The notes under the pieces: model-generated
The model's database searches: none
Seen by the model: the letters and a program-made list of their open reading frames with translations, nothing else
What the model was told of the DNA's origin: nothing
Translations under genes and position numbers: made by a program
From: Octopus sinensis
Taxonomy: Eukaryota
Direction: 5' to 3'
Assembly: GCF_006345805.1 (NCBI RefSeq)
Contig: NC_043005.1
Location: 19,778,001 to 19,842,000 of the forward strand
DNA: 64,000 nucleotides
Part shown: one piece after another, positions 53,301 through 64,000 of the stretch
How positions within the stretch are numbered: the stretch's first letter is position 1
Layout: each line of letters begins with the position of its first letter

Positions 53301-54219
53301 TACTGTTTGTTGTAGCCATCTTAACCTTTGTAACTGTTGTCTTTTGTTGTTGCTGCCGGTTTAACTCTAAGTGGAGCCTGATTGGACAAACCAAGGGTTA
53401 AATACGGTCCAACTGTGACCATACTGTCTTTATGTATATCTAGGACTATATCGACTAATGTGTCCTTTCTATTTTACGATGAAAAGGTGTAATTTGAAGG
53501 AATTTGGTTGCTTCTTCTAAATAGTAAAACAAGCGCGATGATAAGCGTTGGTGCACTGATATGATTTCCATAGACAACTGAAAAACATATTTTAAACCTC
53601 GATAGACGAGAGAAATAGGACAGAAATGATGGGAAGTGACGAACGCAAATGTTGAAATGACCGGTAAACCAAATGCAAGCTGTAACATAATACAGAATCT
53701 TCATAAGATGCTGGTAATAACATATTTGTGTGAGAGACTGTGATATAGTTGATGTAATGCATAAAAAAGTTGAAACCTTTGTAACAATAAGAATTTATTC
53801 ATTCCTTCAAAGCCTGCAGAATAAGTTTAGAAAGAAAAATATGACACAAGTAATCGATCGAGAAATATAGTGTAGAAGGCAACAACGGTGGATAAAAAGA
53901 ATAACTCGGAAAATGCATTCGATCTAATCTAATCAAAGACAGTGCGTCACTCGGTCACTACTCCGGTTTTCTCACTTTTGTTGCGTTCGTTTGACAAATT
54001 ATAACGAATGAATATGGATACACTTTGTCATGACTTGAATACCTTTTTCTCCTGTTTGCTCATTCCCACACACGTGGATGTACAGACGCACACACACGCA
54101 CACACAGAAACTCATATGCACACACACATCCATATACACACATACACATGTATATGCATATATATATACATATATATACATACATACATACATACATACA
54201 TATACACACATGTATATAT

Positions 54220-54256
<37 letters not shown>

Positions 54257-54263
54257 CATATAT

Positions 54264-54297
<34 letters not shown>

Positions 54298-54317
54298 ACA
54301 TATATATATATATATAT

Positions 54318-54382
<65 letters not shown>

Positions 54383-54401
54383 GAGAGAGAGAGTGAGTGA
54401 G

Positions 54402-54574
54402 AGAGGGTGACAAAAGTGACAGAGGGTACTGATTAGTACCGCTTTTGCTAAAGATAAGAGTTAAACTAACTCAAATGCACAAACGCACTGTCTTAAGTGC
54501 GTTTGTGGCATTGTGTATCTTTAGCAAAAGCAGTGCTAGCTAGTCAGTACTCTCTGTCACTGTTGTGACCTCTG
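54402..54574. repeat. Fold-back (MITE-like) element
   Basis: 12 bp perfect inner stem (54478-54489/54496-54507), 16 bp perfect stem (54441-54456/54516-54531) and an outer ~21 bp stem. Confidence 0.9.
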
Positions 54575-54629
54575 TTTTGCCTCTAGATTCTAATTGCTAA
54601 TACGCCACCCTTTTTAATTTGCTATATAT

Positions 54630-54826
54630 ATATGGCGTGTGTACCGTTGGTGATTTTTTTCCTCCGTCTTCCCTTCTTTGGATCTTTCCTTCTCCTATGT
54701 TTCCGACGAAGAGCTCCGCTCGAAACGTTAAACCCTCCTTCTTTCCTTCTTTCCTGAGCGTCCAATAATACTATATTTGTTCCACGTCCTCGCGTTGTGT
54801 TTTTTTGTGCTTTCTTGTTTGGATTA

Positions 54827-54830
<4 letters not shown>
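54630..54830 (+). mobile_element. Solo PLE pLTR-like element between (TA)n tracts
   Basis: Pyrimidine-rich ~200 bp unit containing a hammerhead motif and ending in a T-rich tail followed by (TA)n. Confidence 0.55.
54699..54733 (+). ncRNA. Minimal hammerhead motif with a U4C core change
   Basis: GTTT-CCGACGA-A-GAGC-TCC-GCTC-GAAA-CG-TT-AAAC, giving stem I GTTT/AAAC, stem II GAGC/GCTC and palindromic stem III ACGT. Confidence 0.65.
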
Positions 54831-54901
<71 letters not shown>

Positions 54902-55610
54902 CAGGTGCAGCGATTAAACTGCTGTCAAAATTACGCAAAAATGAAAATAACACTGACGTCTCATTTTAATAGATATATTTGCCAAAATTACATTAAAATA
55001 TCTTGTAATACTAAAGAGTAAATTTAGTCAATAAAATCGTCATTGGCCTCAACCACGGCCTCCAGGCAACTTCGGAATCTCTTGTAACTCTTCTGGACAG
55101 TCTCCTTGCTTAAGTTGGTGAATGCTGCAATAATCCTTGCCTTCAGTTCATCTTTGGTGTTACAAGGAGTTTTGTTGGTGTCTCACTAAACTGTGCCCTA
55201 CACATAATAATCAAGGGGATTTGAAGTCTGGGAGGTTAGGAGGCCAGATTTTAGGGGTGACGTGGTCGCAGAAATTGTCTAACAGCCATGATTGGGTTTT
55301 CCTGCTTGTGTAACATGGTGCAGAGTCCTGTTGCCAGACATAGCGTCTTTCAGCAGCCACCCTCTTGAGCCAGGGCAGCACTACCTCCTCCAGGCACTTG
55401 ATGTAGGCCTCGGTGTTGAGTTTGAGGCCGTGTCGGAATATGAATGGAGATACAATATATATCGCATGAAACGATTGGAAATTATAACAATGAAAAGAAA
55501 AAGAAACTATAAATTTAACTAACATTGCGAAATGCGAACGATGAATATTTACTTCTGAATCAATTTGATGCTCTCGTTTCAACATATAATTTAGTAGTTA
55601 AAATTTTACA
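54902..55610 (-). mobile_element. maT/DD37D-like Tc1-mariner 3' fragment
   Basis: YVWQQDSAPCYTSRKTQSWLLDNFCDHVTPKIWPPN followed by TPCNTKDELKARI. Terminus caggtgcagcgattaaactg lies next to TA within (TA)n. Confidence 0.8.
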
Positions 55611-56479
55611 ACAGTTTTATTACTCTGTATCCAGCAGATGAGAGACAAGTTCCTCGATGTCACAAATTTAAGCCACGAAGCCATCACAATTTGGCTATCC
55701 ATAGTTACAAATTCCAAAAATTTTGTGATCTGCGGTATATTTCTATGCCATTCACTTGATATAAATATACAAATAGGGTTGTTTACGTACAGATACCAGC
55801 GAGTCTGAAATAAACAATAGTAACGAGAAATACTAAAATTAGTGTTTTAAAACTTGTAAAATGATATCTTCAACACAACAACGCAGAATCAGAGCTGCTA
55901 AACACTCTGCTATTAATATACTATAAATATTTAATAATAATAATATCTCCATCAACCCCTGCGATCCGTAATGTCAGTTCTTTATCTCCAGATTCTGTTA
56001 GATTAAACGGTGTTGAAACAGTTCTGCTCTTGGGTAAGAAGCTCGCCTACAGCGCGTAACACTCACGGCAAAGTTGATAAACATCTATAACGAGATGATG
56101 TAAGGCAAGTAGACTTTAATAAGAAGATTAGAGACAACAAAACTCCAGCAACAAACAGGTCTTGACTAATGAGCTTTAATATCAGAATTCTACCAATTCA
56201 ACCATTGAACTACTACTCTTTTTTTTCTGTTTTCAAGGATATTCAATTTGGCTAGATCAGCTAGATTATATTTGTAGGTTTTACTAAGTGAGAAGTTGTT
56301 ATTTTGTCCAAGGTCAACTCTCAGACGGCACACCGATAGTTATGGCCAAAACTGTCACAGTATGACCATCACATTATTTTTTAAACATAGTACACAGTGA
56401 GACCTAGCAGTGACCTTCGTGAGACAGTGTGTCGAGTGATATCGCTGTGTTTATTTTGCAAGTTGTGGAATTTGGGTTT

Positions 56480-57233
56480 TGTGATCACGTGTGTACTGTA
56501 GTCTGCGATCTTTATCATGGACAGGAACAAAGAACCAACGTGAAATTTTGAGTTATACTTGAGAAGTCTGCTGCAGAGACGTTGAGCATGCTTCGGCAAG
56601 GCAGTGAGTTGCAAGCAATGTTTTGAGTGTCACGGGCGCTTCAAAAGTAGGAGAACGTCCCTGGAAGATGATGGAAGATCTGGAAGACCTGCCACGAGCG
56701 TCACCTCTGGAAATGTGATATTGTACATCGAGAATTCATCCCCAGGGCCAGACCGTCCGTCGAGAGTTCTACTGCGACGTGGGAAAAGTTTGAGGGAGGA
56801 CATTCGGCGAAAGCGACCGGATCTGTGGAGCGCGATGAATTGGATTCTTCACAACAATGCACCTTTTCACCAAGCTCCCTTCACGCGTGGGTTTCTGGCC
56901 AAAAACAACATTGTATCGCCTTTCCATCGGTCCTATCCGCCATACTTAACACCTGCAGACTTCTATCTCATCTCAAAGATGAAAATGCAGCTCAAATGTC
57001 ACCGTTTTAACACCGTTGTCAAGATCTAGAGCGAATCGCAGAAGGCCCTCGACTCGCTTACGGAAAGCGACTTCTAGGCCGGATTCCAAATGTGACAGGA
57101 GCGCTGGGACTGGTGTATTGCTGCGCAAGGTGACTATTTCAAAGGAGATAATGTTAAGACTTAGGTAAATAAGTTATTTTTTAAACATTTTTTTAAAACA
57201 TATCTACTCCGTGAACTTTTTGACACCACCTCG
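56480..57233 (+). mobile_element. Mariner relic, internally deleted
   Basis: RFKSRRTSLEDDGRSGRP fused to LREDIRRKRPDLW..WILHNNAP.H and TPADFYL..KMKMQLK.HRF; right TIR gaactttttgacaccacctcg followed by TA. Confidence 0.88.
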
Positions 57234-58599
57234 TACGTCAAGAACTATATCATCCAGCTTGTACTACACTTTTTAAGGTTGGGATTTGAGAAAGATTTGA
57301 TCGGTGCTGATATAGAGACCATGACGAAGCTTCTTCAAAAGCTCGTTAAATAGAAAGCTACAATCTCTGCTGAATAATTGCCGCCATCTCATGGAAAATG
57401 AAGACACTCTGTGTAATATTGGCAAAGTGACAATGCAATGGAATATACTCTAAAATCTGTCAAGATGTTTAGGACGACTGCGGCAAACTTCTTCATTAAG
57501 AATACGAATTGGAAGAAGTGGCGCTTTATCAAGTCAATCAATACTTTCCGACAGGAATATTGTCCGGAAAGAGTTTGAGAAAATATCAGAGTGAAATAGT
57601 TTGAGATGTGAGAATATTTAGATCCGGAAGATAGAGGATGCGACGTATGTGATACATGAAAATAAAAGAATCATTTTTAAAAAAGCTGCTGGAAGGGTTA
57701 AAATATTTACAAAACTGCGCAAACTATCATGAATCACACACGTATATTTGTTACTAAAACTACCACAACACATGTCTTAATTACGTGTAAGGTAGACAGA
57801 ATATAGTATTTTCTAAGATATTGAAGAGCCTACAGATAGTACAACAAATACTTAAATCAATAAAACACTTCAAATTGTAGTCATTACTAGTTTAGCATTG
57901 AACGTGTCAGGAAATCCGCAATTAGCAGCGTTCAAACGGGATGTGACGATTTTTAAAGTTTTCAACTTCAAGTTTGGAGTGTTGTCGATTATATTGGTCA
58001 AATGGTTTGCGCTTTGCCAATATATTATTCGATGTGGGTTATAAATGTCACGTCTGAAAGCGCAAAATAGTCAAACGTCGAACAAATGAGGTCATTTCAG
58101 CAATACAGTTCTATGGTTTCTCCTTTTACCTGAGATGCAGCCAAATAAAAATCAAAAATTTTAAGTAACGTATTGGATTTTTCCAGGAATTCTCAGCTCT
58201 TTCTTCAATTGAATTTGCATCCTTGACTGGTTTATCACCTCAGTTTCTTCCTCTTCACATGGAGTATCAAGCAATGAGAGATCTTCACCCAGCACGATTG
58301 CAAGCATTATCATGAGCCTGATCTAAGGCTAGGCCCATATATGCTATGTCCTCCACGGTCTTCAACTCGTACGCCATCCGGCGTCCACTCGAGAAAGGCT
58401 CTCACTGGTCCCTTTATGGATTTATAGTTTAGAGATTTTTATTTTCATAAATGAGCTATTGAGACCTCTTTGGAATTAGTAAGGACAAATTTCACGATTA
58501 TTTCAGAGAATTTGTAGATCAAGTTCTGAAATAATGTTCTATCAATACATCCAGAATGCCATGGACAAACAAAATAATCTGGAAGTACAATTGAACTAC

Positions 58600-58960
58600 C
58601 AGTAAATCTAGACATGTTACAAACAGAGTTACCATTATCTTATAACCGGATCGAGGGAGCAGAGCAGCTAGCATTTAGACAAAAAGCTAACCAACACAAT
58701 TGGAATAAGAAGGTATATCGACTAAATTAAAATAATTGAATTATGCTATCATAGTCTTAAAGTAAAGATAATCCGACAAGATCTCTATGTCTCTTGGTAG
58801 TCACCAAAGAAATGATTTCTTAGACAAGTGTAAAAGTGATGAATAGAATTGTCAGCTTTAACAACTTATTCGTTAAAATTATTTCCTAATGAAGAAGAAA
58901 GTACGGACAATGTGAGACGTGTGGAGAAAAAGAAATAAAATTTCAATGTGAAAAGTGAGT
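58600..58960 (+). mobile_element. Possible piggyBac-like relic
   Basis: SYNRIEGAEQL (cf. YN..MGGVD..D) and KYGQCETCGEKEIKFQCEK* (cysteine-rich tail); weak. Confidence 0.3.
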
Positions 58961-59739
58961 GAAAAAGAAATAAAATTTCAATAAGACAAGGTATGACTCG
59001 TATAAGAAGATTATATGTAATAAAGTAAACTGTTTTTCATCATGAAGTATATTTCGTGCGAAGCTTAAATTTGTTTGAATTGTTTTGTTTGAACGTTTTC
59101 ATCATTATATTATGACTTTGTTCATTCTTCTACTCCATAATGGTAATGTTGATTTCTATTGATAACTAGACTGAGGCTATATCAGCCATAATGAATAGAA
59201 GCGTTAGAGTGAGAAATGACATATGTCTGCACAAATAAGAATTCCTTTCACAGGTATGAGTTGTTCCAAAGGAACATTGAGTACTTATTTGATCAATTAC
59301 AGGTTGATAGCTTTTGGTTTATTAAACCCAAAGAAGAGGGAAAACAAAAAAAAATTTGCGTTGGTGGGATTTGAACTAAGAAAACAAAAGAATATAACTA
59401 AATTCTTCGGGTCATTTTGTCCAATGTTCTAATGATTCTTCTATTTGCCGCCCCTTTTATAGTATAGGCGCGAGGCTTGAAATTTAGGTTAAACGTTAGA
59501 CGATAATGATTATACCAGTACTTGATTGGTACTTTATTTTTGTACCCCAGTAAGGATGAAAGGCAAAATTGACCTCGACAATACTCGAACTCATATGTTT
59601 TGTGCATGTCCTTTATTGAGGTCAACGCCTTCCCACCTACCCTTATTCTCCTTGAGAGTTCAGCTCCCCTATCTTGACGCATATTTATTACGTGATCTGA
59701 TTAGAAATATTCCTTTACCTTTTCGATTTCATCGTTTCC

Positions 59740-60620
59740 ATGTCTATTTGGCTTTGTGTTACGTCATCCGACTGCATATATTTTATTTTCATGTGGTTTA
59801 TTTTAAGGCTTACTGCTAAAGTATGAATGTCCAGCTCTGACAGTTTGGTCTGCAACTGGGCTGTGGTTTCAGCGTTGAGTACAACGTCATCTGCGAACAA
59901 GAGGTGTGTTAGTTGTTCGCCATTGATGTTTACAACAGCTATCTAGTCAATGTACTCGATGACCATTTCTAGACTGGCGCTAAGGAGTTTTGGAGAGAGA
60001 GTATTTCTTTGCTTGACACCCTTCTCAATTGAGACTCTTATTGGTGGAGATGGCAGAGCTATATTTGCTGTGCATCCAAATCTCGCATCTCTAAGCAGTT
60101 TCATTGCGTCAAGATTTTGCATTTCCAGAGATTTCACTACTGCTTTCATCTAGACACTATCGAAGGCCTTTCCGTAATCAACAAAGGCGATACACCGAGG
60201 AAGCTTGTATTCGTTCGCTCGTCAGAGTTAGAGTGAATATGTGATCTGTCGCACTATAGTTTATACGGAAACCCGCTTGCTCTCTCGGCTGTTGATCGTC
60301 GACGTGCTTCGATAGTCTGGTGATTACGACCTTTGTAAATAGGTTATAGAAGTGAGACAAAGGCATATGAGGCGATAGTTTGTTTTTTTTTTTTTTGCTT
60401 TATCACCCTTCTAATGGAGCAAGATGTTATTCAACTCTTTCCACAGAGACTATTTTTTGACTCTTACTTAGAAACTGAAGAGTAGAACGAGGATTTTCCA
60501 CAGATCTTTACCTCCGCATCTTAACGTTTCTTTTGTAATACCTTCGTTCCCAGGGGTTTTTCTGCTCTCATCAGTTTGGGGGCATTATCAGTTTCACTGA
60601 TCAGAATAGGTAACAGAGAT
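59740..60620 (-). mobile_element. RTE-clade LINE reverse transcriptase relic
   Basis: KTPGNEGIT, LSHFYNLFTKVV..RL..QQPREQAGFR, AFVDYGKAFDSV, KGVKQRNTLSPKL and LFADDVVL across broken frames. Confidence 0.88.
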
Positions 60621-60748
60621 AATAAATGGCCCGCGCTCCAAGCCAGCGGGGTGGCTTCAGCACCTGTGTTTAAGAAGTTGCAGAACGAAGGCGCTTACAC
60701 GCTAGATATTGGCTATACGAAAACGTTTTTCCAAGAGTTATACGTATG

Positions 60749-62103
<1,355 letters not shown>

Positions 62104-63419
62104 TAAGATTGTGGTAATTTTTTGACCAATGGATGTAAGGGAGACATTCAATTTCTGAAAGTTACTTTGCAAAGTTACCTCCCTACTCCACGTAACGCAG
62201 GAACAGGTATTTTCTGTCCCCTTTAGGCCTGTTACTCATTATGTGAAACCTTTTAAGAGTCTAAAACCATCTCTAGAACATAAGTAATGTATGTTCCCAG
62301 TTTGGAGAAAATCAGTTGAAAAATACGGCCATTATAATCTTTTACACACACACGCACGCACACACACACACAGAGAACAGGGTTTATGTTATATATTATA
62401 TTATATATATATTATATTATATATAATATATATTATATATCATATATTATATATATATATATAGTAATGTATGTTCTTATGTAATGATAAATATATTTTT
62501 ACATTAAGCTTAAGAATCACTCAATACATTCGTAACATACAAATTTATCCTTTAACAAGAAACAAGTATTGATAAAAACTTCGAAGCTTCGGCCAACTAA
62601 AACGTCACACAAACACACACACACACACACATACACACACACACACACACACGCACACATATATATATATATTTATAGCCACAAAATAATGGTGTCTTAT
62701 ATGACTACGAATTTATAGGGAACCATCTGTTCCAGTAGATACATGATTTTCGTTTTATTTTATCAACACAGGCAATACAAAGTCGAATCACTGAGTCGAT
62801 AAAATATTAAACATATACCAAGAGATCAATTCAATCATCTACATATCTCCTCAAAATCTAGGGCACAGCCTCAATTCGAGAAATCATTATTCTATGATCC
62901 AGAAAGCAACTAGAACACTTATTTTCATGTTAAGATTTTTCAGAAAATAAAACTAAAAATACGAAGTATTTCAGTATGTTAAAAATGACCTCCTATATAT
63001 GTTTATGTAAACTTGTACTACATATTTGATGGTCAACAACATCGCTCTAGGGTCGTATCTGATGTGCGGATGGTTAGCACTGATAGGACAAAAGCACAAT
63101 GTCTTTTTGCAAGGGAGAATATACTCAACAAGGAATCAACGGCAATCCATTTACTCTACAAATGGAGTGGAGATCCATTTACGTTTCTAGGACAAGCATT
63201 GCTGACTCTCTAAGTAACCCCCCGTATCCAGTAGTCCCCCTCAAACGAAATGGTTTTGTATTTTCTCTAATCCAAGGAAACGCGAGCAAGAGAAGGTCCT
63301 CGATAAATGCCAGAAGCATCTTAGGTGACTTACATCAATCTTGCCTAAGAGGCATGTAATGACTGTTGATAAGTGATGCTGCTCCTATCACATCGCCGGA
63401 AACAACATCAGGTGCCATT

Positions 63420-63634
63420 CATTCATTCTTTTACTTGTTTCAGTCATTTGAATGCGGCCATGCTAGAGCACCGCCTTTAATCGAACAAATCAACCATACG
63501 TCTTATTCTTTCTAAGCCTAGCACTATCGGTTTCTTTTGCCGAACCGCTAATTTACAGGGTTGTAAACACACCAACATCGTTTTGTCAAGCGATGGTGGG
63601 TGGGGACAAATACTGATACACAAACATATATATA
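63420..63634 (-). mobile_element. SINE-B 3' half, interrupted by Tc1
   Basis: ttacttgtttcagtcatttga..gcaccgccttta.. running up to a (TA) tract. Confidence 0.85.
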
Positions 63635-64000
63635 CAGGGGCTGGACAAAATAATGGAAACACCAAGCATCATAGCATCATTATTTTGAAATATCTATAAA
63701 ACCGTAAAAAGCTTGTTTATTTTTATGTTTTATATTTATTATTAGTGTTGCTTAATATGTTTTGCTAAAATTGTTGGGGTTTTTTTCAGATATCATCAGA
63801 AAAAGGTATTTAAAATTCATTGAAATGACAGATCTATTGGGCTTTCAAAGAGGTCAAATTGTTGGTGCTCGTATGGCAGGCGCTAGCGTAACGAAAACAG
63901 CCGAAATGCTTGGTGTATCAAGAAGTACTGTCTCGAAAGTAATGACAGCCTTTGAGAAAGAGGGGAAAATATCCTCGTCGAAACGAAACTCCGGAAGAAA
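63635..64000 (+). mobile_element. Tc1 element left end (continues beyond the window), inserted in a SINE-B copy
   Basis: TA followed by caggggctggacaaaataatggaaacacc. The ATG at 63825 begins MTDLLGFQRGQIVGARMAGASVTKTAEMLGVSRSTVSKVMTAFEKEGK..S.KRNSGR. Confidence 0.9.

Overview
AT-rich eukaryotic, repeat-dominated DNA in which I found no host protein-coding exon. The SINE families and the extreme (TA)n/(TATG)n/(CA)n/(TAA)n density suggest a coleoid cephalopod, probably Octopus; this is inferred from pattern recognition, not a search. Most ORFs in the track are microsatellite artefacts. Recognisable content: (1) a ~4 kb decayed Penelope-like element (ORF1, then RT, Cys-rich linker and GIY-YIG; minus strand, 18.1-22.1 kb); (2) an R4/Dong-type 3' fragment inside (TAA)n; (3) RTE-type LINE relics; (4) mariner, maT, Tc1 and pogo relics; (5) two Helitrons; (6) many tRNA-head SINEs, some nested with target duplications; (7) an LSU rRNA fragment carrying the sarcin-ricin loop. 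Best leads: a candidate HIV-type U_UUU_UUA -1 frameshift joining the PLE ORF1 to an AUG-less RT frame; a ~690 bp array of ~20 STAT/kappaB-like palindromic motifs preceded by a hairpin cluster; and minimal hammerhead ribozyme motifs, including a back-to-back pair inside a ~70 bp-arm palindrome. All alignments, counts and coordinates were read by eye and need computational confirmation.
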